The position numbers and the translations under genes were made by a program. This document shows positions 42,964-55,117 of a DNA stretch of 64,000 nt, piece after piece (the stretch's first letter is position 1; each line of letters begins with the position of its first letter). This DNA comes from an uncultured Gemmatimonadaceae bacterium. Its GTDB lineage: Bacteria; Gemmatimonadota; Gemmatimonadetes; Gemmatimonadales; Gemmatimonadaceae. The DNA lies in NCBI GenBank assembly GCA_963781585.1, contig CAWAGQ010000001.1:33492-97491 (forward strand). The letters are read 5' to 3'. The notes below the pieces were generated by a model. It was given only the letters and a program-made list of their open reading frames with translations. It did no database searches and was not told the DNA's origin.

Positions 42964-43716
42964 ATGCAATACCGCACGCTGACAGGGGCCCTCGCGTTGC
43001 TCTTCGGCGCAGCCGCCTGTTCGAAGGACAGCAGCACCGAGCCGGCATCGGCAGACGCCCTGCTGAATGCGGACGTGGCGACCATCGCCGCCGACGCCAC
43101 AGCGCAGGACGTCGAAGTCATGCAGGGCCCGGGCGGCGCGTTCGCCATGGGATTGCACTTCGATCCCGCCCGGTTCGACTGTACGCGCGAGTTTCCCGAA
43201 CGCCTCACCGTCGATCGGACCTGCGTATTCAAGGACGCCGATGGCAATGTCCAGGCGGCGTATGATCCGGCCACCACGGCGTCGGTCACCATATCAACCA
43301 CGATCGACGGATCGATCGACCGCGACTACCTGCAGGCCACCCTCCACCGGGAATCGCAGTATGAGGTGACCGGCCTCGAAGGCGCGGAAACCACCCGCAC
43401 CTGGAACGGCTCGGGAAGCAGCACGCTGAGCGCCGTTCACGAGAAATCGGATGGGGGAACGCGGAGCTACCAGGCCAGCGCCGCTTCAACCGTGACCGAC
43501 GTGGTGATTCCGGTGCCACGCGGCAGCAGTTCGTGGCCGCTGTCGGGGACGATCCACCGCACCATCACGATCACCCGTTCCAACGGCAAGACGGTGACGC
43601 GCGATGTGACGATCAGGTTCAACGGCACCGAGTTCATCACCATCGTGGTCAACGGCGAGAGCTACGACTTCGATCTCGCGCTGCGGAAGCGCCCCCACCG
43701 TCACAACGGAGGCTGA
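42964..43716 (+). CDS. Hypothetical beta-rich lipoprotein
   Basis: GGAGG RBS; AAAC lipobox-like signal; Thr/Ser-rich beta-strand pattern. Confidence 0.82.
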   Translation: MQYRTLTGALALLFGAAACSKDSSTEPASADALLNADVATIAADATAQDVEVMQGPGGAFAMGLHFDPARFDCTREFPERLTVDRTCVFKDADGNVQAAYDPATTASVTISTTIDGSIDRDYLQATLHRESQYEVTGLEGAETTRTWNGSGSSTLSAVHEKSDGGTRSYQASAASTVTDVVIPVPRGSSSWPLSGTIHRTITITRSNGKTVTRDVTIRFNGTEFITIVVNGESYDFDLALRKRPHRHNGG

Positions 43717-43731
43717 GCTGGGCAGAAGAAC

Positions 43732-43748
43732 GCGCGACCCCGTCGCGC
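43732..43748. terminator. Hairpin between convergent genes, possible terminator
   Basis: GCGCGAC-CCC-GTCGCGC; followed by GTTCTTCT on the minus strand. Confidence 0.35.
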
Positions 43749-43764
43749 AAACCGCAAGTTGCCG

Positions 43765-43913
43765 GCTCTTGTGTCATTTCGAGCCCAGGGGGAGAGGAAC
43801 AGCAGTCGCAGATGCCCCGTGGGCGAGGCCTGGCTGGAGCAGCTCCTGGACAGTCCAGCGCATTCGGCGAGCACCTGCAGACCGAGGCCGCTCCCTCGAA
43901 GTGGCACAAGAGC
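43765..43913 (+). other. 149-nt intergenic element bounded by a 19-bp inverted repeat (candidate ncRNA or MITE)
   Basis: GCTCTTGTGTCATTTCGAG (43765-43783) pairs with CTCGAAGTGGCACAAGAGC (43895-43913); both mismatches are G-U on the + strand. Confidence 0.5.
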
Positions 43914-43960
43914 ATCAGACTGGAGAACCAGAGGGCGGATGAGGGATCGCTGATCCCCGC

Positions 43961-44295
43961 CTAACGCCCCAATTCGTAGATGCGCTCCATCAACACCCAT
44001 TTCGCGCCGCGCGCGGCCCAGGGCAGCGCCTGCTGATACCGCCACATCAGCGTCTCCCACTCCTGCACCCGCGGGTTCGCGCGGTCGGCCGCCGCTTTCG
44101 CCTCGAACGAAAACGGGTCGGACACCTCCATGATCATGAACACACGGTTGCCGGTCCGGTAGATCGAAAGTTGTTCGATCCCCGCGTCGCGCAGACTGCG
44201 CTCGATTTCCGGCCAGACGCGGACATGATGGCGCTCGTATTCGGCGATCAGCGCCGGATCGTCCTTGAGGTCGAGCGCCAGGCAATAGCGTCGCA

Positions 44296-44296
<1 letters not shown>
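43961..44296 (-). CDS. L-rhamnose/L-fucose mutarotase (RhaM family)
   Basis: MRRYCLALDLKDDP..YERHH..VWPE..WETLM; overlaps the fucP stop. Confidence 0.9.
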
Positions 44297-47251
<2,955 letters not shown>

Positions 47252-47312
47252 GCCTGCGCCGCGTGCGGGGGTGCCGGGACCGCGGAACCGCGGGGCGCCG
47301 GAAGTCGGAGCG

Positions 47313-48098
47313 TCATCCGTGCAAGCGCAGGAATCCGCCGTCCAGCGGATAGTCCGTCCCGGTCACGAAGCTCGCCGCGTCCGAACAGAGGTAGACCGCG
47401 AGCTCAGCGACCTCCTGCGGCGTGCCCATCCGGCCGATCGGCTGCGTCGCCGACAGCCCGTCGAACATCTCGGCCTCCCGTCCGGGGTAGTGATCGCGCA
47501 GGAATCCGTCCACGAAGGGAGTGTGGATGCGCGCCGGGGAAATCGAGACACAGCGCACGCCGTGCGCCACGTAGTCGCGGGCCACCGAGTAGGTCATCGC
47601 CCGCACCGCGCCCTTGGTCATCGAGTACGCGAACCGGTTCGCCAGCCCGGCCGACGCCGCGATCGACGCCAGATTGACGATCACGCCGGTGCGCCGCGCC
47701 TTCATCGCGCCGATCACCGCGCGCGTGCAGTGGAATACACCCTTCACGTTCACGCCGTACAGGCGATCGAGGTCGGATTCGGTCGTCTCCTCCACGGTAC
47801 CGACGTGTGCGACCCCCGCGTTGTTGATCAGGAGGTCGATCGGGCCACGCGCGAGAATGACGCCGAAGACCCGATCGACCTCACCCGCCGACGTGACATC
47901 GCAGCGGTGCGCGTGCACCGGCACGCCTGATCCGCTGATGGCGCGCGCGGTGGCCTCGGCTGCGTCGCCACGGACGTCAAGGAGATGTACAGTGGCGCCG
48001 TTGGCGCAGAACGCCTCGGCGATGGCCCTGCCGATTCCGCTCGCGCCTCCAGTGACGACGGCGATCTTGCCGCCAAGTCGGTGTGGGGTTCCGCTCAT
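47313..48098 (-). CDS. SDR oxidoreductase, probable 2-keto-3-deoxy-L-fuconate dehydrogenase
   Basis: TGGASGIG, NNAG, RFAYSMTKGAV, SPARIHTPFVDG, QPIGRMG. Confidence 0.85.
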   Translation of the reverse strand: MSGTPHRLGGKIAVVTGGASGIGRAIAEAFCANGATVHLLDVRGDAAEATARAISGSGVPVHAHRCDVTSAGEVDRVFGVILARGPIDLLINNAGVAHVGTVEETTESDLDRLYGVNVKGVFHCTRAVIGAMKARRTGVIVNLASIAASAGLANRFAYSMTKGAVRAMTYSVARDYVAHGVRCVSISPARIHTPFVDGFLRDHYPGREAEMFDGLSATQPIGRMGTPQEVAELAVYLCSDAASFVTGTDYPLDGGFLRLHG

Positions 48099-48343
48099 CT
48101 CGATCCGTGGCAGCCGTTGGCGCAATTCTGCCGCCGTGGTATCGGTTCGTCAAACGGCGTCGCGGACTGATTGCAGTCGCAGACTGGCGTCATGTCCCGG
48201 TGGACGGCGACGCACGACGCGCACCCGCGCGTCGTCCGCACCGCCGACCTCGGTCCACAGCGTGCCGCGACTGGCGGTGCCTGATCGGCGTCCGCACCTT
48301 CCATCTCCCCTTCGATCACACCGCAATCCAGGGAGTCTATCGC

Positions 48344-48838
48344 ATGAGTCTAGCCCAGACCCTCCTGCCCGAATTCGAGCAGGAAATGGCCACCACGCGG
48401 CGCCTTCTCGAACGCGTGCCCGGTGACAAAGCGCAATGGAAGCCACATCCCAGGTCTTTCGCCCTGGGACATCTCGCGCAGCTCGTATCGTGGATGCCCG
48501 GATGGATCAGCCAGACCCTCCGCCAGACCGAGCTGAATCTGGGACAAGCCAGCGGCTACAGCTTCGAGAAGACGGAAGCACTCCTGGCTCTCTTCGACCG
48601 GAATGTGCGCGACGCGCGCGAGGCAATCACCGCAGCACAGGACGCCGACCTTGCTGTGCCATGGTCACTCAAGCACGGGGATCGCGTGCTGTTCACTTCC
48701 CCGCGGGGCGTCGTCGTGCGGACGCACCTCAATCACCTGATTCACCATCGGGGTCAACTGACGGTGTATCTGCGCCTGGTCGACGTGCCGCTGCCCTCGA
48801 TCTACGGGCCGACGGCCGACGAGGGCTGGGGGGGATAG
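48344..48838 (+). CDS. DinB-family protein
   Basis: EFEQEMATTRRLLERVP..WKPH..NHLIHHRGQLTVYLR..IYGPTADE; GGAG RBS. Confidence 0.92.
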   Translation: MSLAQTLLPEFEQEMATTRRLLERVPGDKAQWKPHPRSFALGHLAQLVSWMPGWISQTLRQTELNLGQASGYSFEKTEALLALFDRNVRDAREAITAAQDADLAVPWSLKHGDRVLFTSPRGVVVRTHLNHLIHHRGQLTVYLRLVDVPLPSIYGPTADEGWGG

Positions 48839-48969
48839 GACCGACCGGTGACACCGGGCGCAGGCCTCGCCGACCCGGTTCGATCGCGATGGTCGCTGTT
48901 ACTGGGCCAGCTTCTGCCAAGTCCTTTACCTGAGCCCGCCTAACCCGGTCCGGTTACCAAGGCACTCGC

Positions 48970-50958
48970 GTGGGAAAGGACGCACCTCCAGAAAGATCCT
49001 CGTCGCCCCTCGGCGACCTTGCCGCGATCGTTCCACTGGGACCAGTCGCGCCGCGGATGCGCGCCGAAAGCGCCGCACGGAGGACCGGCCGGGCGGCCTT
49101 CCGGCGCGCAGCGTCCCGCGTGCAGGCGATCATTGACGCCCTGTCCCGGCGTGCCTGGGCAGCCGGTGGACGTGCCGCGCGCGTCACGATCGCGGATTCC
49201 GAGGGACCTTTTCGCGCGATCTTCGAGCGGTCCGCCGTCGGGCTGGCGCTGCTCGAAAGCGGGTCCAACATCGTTGCCGCCAATGCGGCGTTGGAGGCCT
49301 TTCTGGGTTTCGGACGAGGTGGACTTCGCGGTCGCAGACTCAGGGACTTCGCGGTTCAGGATGATGCGGGCATCGTCGGCAGCATCGTGGCCGATGTGGG
49401 CACGGGGACGCGAAAGAGCGGCACTTCGGAACTGCGGTTCGTCCAGCGCGACGGCGGAATGGCGTGGGGTGCCCTCACTGTCTCGCCCGCCAGCGATGAC
49501 TGGAGCCGGGGTCTGATCGCGGTGCTGCTGGACGTGACGGAGCGCAAACGACTCGAAGCCGCGCTCGTGCATCAGGCGTTCCACGACCCGCTCACGGAGC
49601 TGGCCAACCGCGCGCTCTTCCGTGACCGCGTGGAACACGCGCTATCACGCACTTCACGTCGACCGGGACGGATCGCGGCTTTGATCCTCGATCTCGACAA
49701 CTTCAAGGCCGCGAACGACACCGAGGGCCATGCAGCCGGTGACCGGATCCTGCAGCAGGTCGCAGGTCTTCTCCTGAATGCCACGCGTGGATGCGATACG
49801 GTCGCGCGACTGGGCGGTGACGAGTTCGGCGTACTCCTCGAGGATCGCGAACCGGAAGAGGGCGCGCAGGTTGTCGCGCAGCGCATGATCGGCGCGCTGC
49901 GGCGACCGGTGCAGCTGCCCGGCGGTCGCACGATGTCCGTGAGCGCGAGCATCGGGATCGCCGTGCACGAGGAGGGCCAGACCAGCGATGAGCTGCTGCG
50001 CAACGCGGATCTTGCGATGTACGAAGCCAAGTTCAACGATCCCGGCCGCTGGGTTGTCTTCGACCAGGAAATGCACGCGGCGCTCACCGAACGCGTCACG
50101 CTGGAAGCGGACCTCCGGCGCGCGCTGGAACGCTGCCAGCTCGCGGATCGTCCCCGACTCGCAAATACTGGCACGTTCCCGTCGCTCGAGTCCCGCGGAG
50201 CACCGCAGACGGAATTCACCGTTGCCTACCAGCCGATCGTCGACCTGCGGTCAGGACGCATTACCGGCGTCGAGGCGCTGGCGCGGTGGACACATCCCGA
50301 ACGGGGCCCGATCCCTCCAGACGTCTTCATTCCGGTGGCGCAGCGGAGCGGTCTGATCTTCATCCTGGGGCGCTGGCTCCTCAGCGTGGCCTGCCGCCAG
50401 ACCGCCGTCTGGAATGCCAGGCGCAAGCGCGACCCGCTGACCCTGGCGGTGAATCTGTCCGGTCAGCAATTCGACCACGAGGGGCTCCCTGCGGAAATCG
50501 ACGCGGCACTGCGTGAAGCGGGCCTGCCATCAGAGTGTCTCGTCCTGGAGATCACCGAAACGGTGATCATGCAGAACGCGGAAGCGACCCTGGCCCTTCT
50601 TCGCGAGCTGAAGCAGCGCGGAATGCGAGTAGCCATCGACGATTTCGGAACCGGGTACTCCTCGCTGTCCTACCTTCAGCAGTTCCCCGTCGACGTGGTA
50701 AAGATCGATCGGACGTTCACGGAGGGGCTCCGGCACGGCGTCAGCGGCACGGCGCTCGTTCGCACCATTATCGCGCTTGCCAAGACGCTTTCCCTGCGCA
50801 CGATCGCCGAAGGCGTCGAGGACCATGTCCAGCTCGATCGTCTGCGGGAACTCGGCTGCGATGCGGCACAGGGCTATCTCTTCGGACATCCTGTGGCGGC
50901 CGAGGACATCGGCCCGCTGCTTGCCGCGCGTCCCAGGAACAGACTCCGGCGTCCCTGA
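48970..50958 (+). CDS. PAS-GGDEF-EAL diguanylate cyclase/phosphodiesterase
   Basis: PAS domain (IFERSAVG..DVTERK), DPLTEL, RGCD I-site plus GGDEF, EAL, DDFGTGYSS, AEGVE, QGY. Start uncertain. Confidence 0.93.
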   Translation: MGKDAPPERSSSPLGDLAAIVPLGPVAPRMRAESAARRTGRAAFRRAASRVQAIIDALSRRAWAAGGRAARVTIADSEGPFRAIFERSAVGLALLESGSNIVAANAALEAFLGFGRGGLRGRRLRDFAVQDDAGIVGSIVADVGTGTRKSGTSELRFVQRDGGMAWGALTVSPASDDWSRGLIAVLLDVTERKRLEAALVHQAFHDPLTELANRALFRDRVEHALSRTSRRPGRIAALILDLDNFKAANDTEGHAAGDRILQQVAGLLLNATRGCDTVARLGGDEFGVLLEDREPEEGAQVVAQRMIGALRRPVQLPGGRTMSVSASIGIAVHEEGQTSDELLRNADLAMYEAKFNDPGRWVVFDQEMHAALTERVTLEADLRRALERCQLADRPRLANTGTFPSLESRGAPQTEFTVAYQPIVDLRSGRITGVEALARWTHPERGPIPPDVFIPVAQRSGLIFILGRWLLSVACRQTAVWNARRKRDPLTLAVNLSGQQFDHEGLPAEIDAALREAGLPSECLVLEITETVIMQNAEATLALLRELKQRGMRVAIDDFGTGYSSLSYLQQFPVDVVKIDRTFTEGLRHGVSGTALVRTIIALAKTLSLRTIAEGVEDHVQLDRLRELGCDAAQGYLFGHPVAAEDIGPLLAARPRNRLRRP

Positions 50959-50981
50959 TCATCCCGGACATCGCGGGATCG

Positions 50982-52287
50982 TCATCCGGCGTGCCAGATC
51001 GCCCCATCGGGGAACGCATACGCCGCGAGCGACTCCGGCTTCATGGCAATGCTGTATCCGGGGCGGGTGGGCACCACGTAGCGCCCCCGCCTGACGACCA
51101 CCGGATCGACAAAGTGCTCGTGCAGGTGATCGACGTACTCCACCACCCGATTCTCCAGCGAGCCGCTCACCGCGATGTAGTCGAAGAGGGCGAGATGCTG
51201 CACGTACTCGCATAATCCGACGCCGCCGGCGTGCGGACAAACCGGGATACCGAACTTCGCGGCCATCAGCAGCACCGCCAGCACTTCATTCACGCCGCCC
51301 AGCCGGCAGCTGTCGATCTGGCAAAACTGCATCGCCCCGGCCTGCATGAACTGCTTGAACAGCACGCGGTTCTGACACTGCTCGCCGGTGGCCACACCGA
51401 TCGGCGCGATCGCGCGCGCGATAGCGGCGTGCCCGAGCACGTCATCGGGACTGGTGGGCTCCTCGATCCACCAGGGATCGAACGGCGCGAGCCGGCGCAT
51501 CCAGGCGATCGCCTCGTCCACATCCCACCGTCCGTTGGCGTCCATCATCAGCTTGCGGCCCGGCCCGATCGCCGATCGCACGAGCGCGGCGCGGCGCATG
51601 TCCTGATCGGGATCACCGCCCACCTTCATCTTGAAATGGGACCATCCGGCGGCGATCGCATCGCGGCACCGGCGGATGATCTCGTCTTCCGGGTAACCGA
51701 GCCAGCCCGACTGACGTCGTGTACGCCGGATAGCCGTCGCGCCGCATTTCGGCCTCGCGTGCCGCTCGACCGTCCGCGCGCGCGCGCAGAAGCGAGACCG
51801 CCTCGTCAGGCGTGAGGGCGTCGGTGATGTACCGGAAATCGATGCAGGCAACGAGCGCTTCGGGCGACATGTCCGCCAGCAGTTTCCAGAGCGGCTTCTC
51901 CTCCAGTTTCGCGATCAGGTCCCAGACGGCGTTGACCAGCGCGGCCGTGGAGAGATGGATCACGCCCTTCTCGGGCCCGATCCACCGAAGCTGCGAGTCC
52001 GACGTGAGCCGGCGCCAGAATCCCGCCATGTCGGCGCGGATCTCCTCCACCGTGACGCCGATGACCAGCGGCGCCAGCGCGTGCACGCCAGCGACGCAAA
52101 GCTCGGTGCCGCGACCCAGCGTGAAGGTGAGTCCGTGGCCCGTGAGCCCGCCCCGATGGTCGGTGTGCAGGATGACGTACGCCGCGGAATAGTCCGGATC
52201 GGGATGCATCGCATCGGATCCGTGCCGGCCGCGCGACGTGGGAAAGCGGACGTCGAGGACTTCGACGCGCGAAATCCGGGTGGCCAC
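50982..52287 (-). CDS. fucD: L-fuconate dehydratase (enolase superfamily), +1 frameshift at about 51707
   Basis: DVRFPTS..GSDAMHPDPDYSAAY..WIGPEKGVIHL..YPAYTTS then GWLGY..KMKVG..MDAN..IEEPTSPDD..CPHAGGVGLCE. Removing one base from CCC at 51706-51708 restores TTSVGWLGY. Confidence 0.92.
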
Positions 52288-52303
52288 CGAGGACCGGCCG
52301 CCG

Positions 52304-52856
52304 CTACTTCTGGGTCGACTCGGCCAACCGCGCCTGCACCGCGGCCACGAGCCGCTTCGCGTCGTCCGGAGGAAAGCTCTCCAGCACCGGACGATTCCCA
52401 TCGACCTTCATGTTCTCGAACGAGAAGGTCGGCTTCGACCGATACGCAATGTCGATCCGCCCGTCGCGATAGTCTATCGACTGGATGGCGGCAATGCGGC
52501 TGCTCGATGCGCCGGTTGACCAGGTTGCCCACTCCGCGCTTCACCGCGCGCTCGATCATCGCGCCGAACCGGCTCCTGCTGCTGTCCACCTTGCTGGTGT
52601 CCAGCTGCTCGTGAAGCTTGCGCTGCACCTTCTCTCCAAACCGCAGCACCAGGTGGTCTCCCACGAGCGCCAGGTCCATCGAACTGTCGGTATTGGTGAT
52701 CAGCACGTCCCCCGCGCCGAGCACGAGTGGCACCGTGTCGGGCTTGGCGTTGGCGAAGAACCCACTTCGGGAATCGCCGCGCCCGCAGGCTGCGAGTAGC
52801 GCGAGGCCGAGGCCGAGGCCGAGTGCGAGCGGGGCGGCGCGAGTAGTGCGTGTCAT
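52304..52856 (-). CDS. Hypothetical lipoprotein, +1 frameshift at about 52497
   Basis: LAAC lipobox; the frame is protein-like to RRIEQ, then continues in another frame as IAAIQSIDYRDGRIDIAY..FPPDDAKRLVAAVQARLAESTQK*. Confidence 0.72.
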
Positions 52857-53122
52857 GGGAAGGCGAATCCTCGTGATCGCGGTGCGCGTCAATAATCGGC
52901 CGGCTGGTAACCGGGTCGCAAATCCGGCGACTCGTGGATCCCTCTGCCCTCCGATCGATTCTCCACGAGCTCTGCAATGGCGCCCTCCGGGCGTCGACGG
53001 AATGTACTTCGGAACCTAGGCAATGCTGGTACCGGGATCGTTCTTAACATCAGCCGGCTACAACGCGCCTCACAACAGGTTTGGCCTCGCTGCGCCGCGT
53101 GTGCGTCGCTTCGTACCCGGAA

Positions 53123-53182
53123 ATCGGGGTCAGACTCGATTTACCAAATCGATTGGCGCGAGACATCGGGGTCAGAGTCGAT
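53123..53182. repeat. Two direct copies of the GGGGTCAGA-type repeat
   Basis: ATCGGGGTCAGACTCGAT (53123-53140) and ATCGGGGTCAGAGTCGAT (53165-53182); same core as 24572-24650. Confidence 0.8.
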
Positions 53183-53255
53183 CATTCCGCGCGGACACGA
53201 TCGAGACGGCTCTTGCAGGCGCCAGATCGTCAGCGAACACACGTTCTGCCGCGTT

Positions 53256-55007
53256 ATGCAGCAGCAGGACGTCCCACCCGATCCCCAGCCTGGATCAAAA
53301 TTGGCGGAGCAGCACCCGAGTCGCACCGACCCTGAGGACGAGGTCCCGAGCGGAGTCAGCCGGCGGCAGTTCCTCCACTCCGCAGCGCTTCTGGGAGCCG
53401 CCGCCGCCACTGGCATTCGCTCCGACGGCGGAGTGGGCCGTGCCGCTGTTGCCTCTGCCACTCGGACGTCGCGCCTGCGAGCCCTCGGAACGGTCGATTC
53501 GTTCGAACTGGAAGAAGTAACCGTCGGAGTGCTTCAGGAATGGATGCGCACCGGCAGGTACACCGCTCGGTCCGCCTGCGAGGCATATCTCGAGCGTATT
53601 GCTGCGATCGACAGCAGCGGACCCAAGCTCAATTCGATCATCGAGATCAACCCCGACGCGCTCAAGATCGCCTCGGACCTGGACGTCGAGCGGAAGGCGA
53701 AGGGGCCGCGTGGTCCGCTTCACGGGATTCCCGTGCTCCTGAAGGACGTGGTCGATACGGCAGATCGCATGCGGACTACGGCCGGGTCGCTCGCGTTGAT
53801 GGAGTCATTCCCTTCGCGAGACGCCTTCATCGTCGAGCGGCTGCGGGCTGCCGGCGCGGTGATCCTCGGGAAGACGAACCTGAGCGAGTGGTCGTACGTG
53901 CGGTCCACGGAGGGTACCAGCGGCTGGAGCGCGCGTGGCGGACTCACCGTGAATCCATACGTGCTGGACCGGACGGCCTCGGGCTCCAGTTCCGGTACGG
54001 CAGTCGCGATCGCGGCGAATCTGGCGACGCTCGGTATCGGCGCCGAGACCGATGGATCCATCGTCACTCCGTCGAGCTCCAGCGGGATGGTGGGCATGAA
54101 ACCAACCGTGGGATTGTGGAGTCGCTCCGGGCTCATTCCGGTTTCGTATTCGCAGGATTCGCCCGGACCGATGTGCCGTACCGTGCAGGACGTCGCCATT
54201 CTGTTGAGCGCGCTGGCCGGTGTCGACCCGCGGGACCCGGCGACGCTGGCTGGGCGTGACCACGCGCGAACGGACTACACCGCTGCGCTCGATCCTCGCG
54301 GGTTGGCGGGTGCGCGAATCGGCGTTCTCCGAAGGAACGACGACCCCGAATCGATGACCCACCATGTGCTGGAGGATGCGATCGGAGCCATGCGGGATGC
54401 AGGAGCGATCATCGTGGACCCGGTCGACGTCCCCAGCATGGACCATCTCTCGGCGCAGGAGACGCGGGTCCTGATGTGCGAGTTCAAGGACGCGATACAG
54501 GAGTACCTCGCGACTCGCGGCCCGCAGGAGCGTCACAGGACGTTGGCCGACCTGATCCGGTTCAACATCGAGCACGCGGACGATGAGCTGCGATATTTCG
54601 GTCAGGAGTGGTTCGAGTACTCCGAAGCAACCAACGGGCGCAACACGCCCACGTATCCGGCCGCGCTTGCCGAAGCACATCGATTGACGCGCACGGAAGG
54701 CGTCGATCGCGTGGTGCAGGCGAACAGGCTCGACGCGATCGCGACCCTGACCACTCCGCCCGCGTTCCCGATCGATCTCGTGAACGGGGATCCCCACGGG
54801 TACGTCGACACCGCGCTGGCGGCTGTCTCCGGATATCCGAGCATCTCGGTGCCGGCCGGAGACGTCTTCGGACTCCCGGTGGGCCTGCTGTTCATCGGCC
54901 CGGCCTGGAGCGAGGCCACGCTCCTGCGGCTGGCCTACGCCTTCGAGCGTCAGGTGCACGCTCGCCGGATTCCGCAGTTTCTGCCGACGCTGGCGATAGA
55001 CCGGTAG
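53256..55007 (+). CDS. Tat-exported amidase (amidase signature family)
   Basis: SRRQFL twin-arginine signal, GPLHGIPVLLKD, GKTNLSEW, SGSSSG, ETDGSI. Start uncertain. Confidence 0.92.
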   Translation: MQQQDVPPDPQPGSKLAEQHPSRTDPEDEVPSGVSRRQFLHSAALLGAAAATGIRSDGGVGRAAVASATRTSRLRALGTVDSFELEEVTVGVLQEWMRTGRYTARSACEAYLERIAAIDSSGPKLNSIIEINPDALKIASDLDVERKAKGPRGPLHGIPVLLKDVVDTADRMRTTAGSLALMESFPSRDAFIVERLRAAGAVILGKTNLSEWSYVRSTEGTSGWSARGGLTVNPYVLDRTASGSSSGTAVAIAANLATLGIGAETDGSIVTPSSSSGMVGMKPTVGLWSRSGLIPVSYSQDSPGPMCRTVQDVAILLSALAGVDPRDPATLAGRDHARTDYTAALDPRGLAGARIGVLRRNDDPESMTHHVLEDAIGAMRDAGAIIVDPVDVPSMDHLSAQETRVLMCEFKDAIQEYLATRGPQERHRTLADLIRFNIEHADDELRYFGQEWFEYSEATNGRNTPTYPAALAEAHRLTRTEGVDRVVQANRLDAIATLTTPPAFPIDLVNGDPHGYVDTALAAVSGYPSISVPAGDVFGLPVGLLFIGPAWSEATLLRLAYAFERQVHARRIPQFLPTLAIDR

Positions 55008-55117
55008 CGATCAGCCCTCAGCCTTCAGATCTCAAGTAGAGCGAACAGGGTTCGCCGACCGCTGAACGCTCCTCGCTGCCAGCGTCTACTCGTTCACTGT
55101 CAGCCGTCAGCGGAGGG

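Noticed and set aside
42758..43741. 11-bp direct repeat CGCGCGACCCC flanking the lipoprotein gene as an insertion scar
   Set aside because: Nearly all G/C and short, so plausible by chance; no mobility gene.
43765..43913. Retron msr-msd or SRP RNA
   Set aside because: No reverse transcriptase in the window; the CAGG...AGCAG segment lacks the SRP stem and GNRA loop.
52977..53255. N-terminal extensions in the ORF track (amidase, kinases, fucP, DUF2891, SDRs, cupin, dinB)
   Set aside because: The extensions run through repeats or neighbouring genes; downstream starts fit RBS, stop-start overlaps and domain boundaries better.
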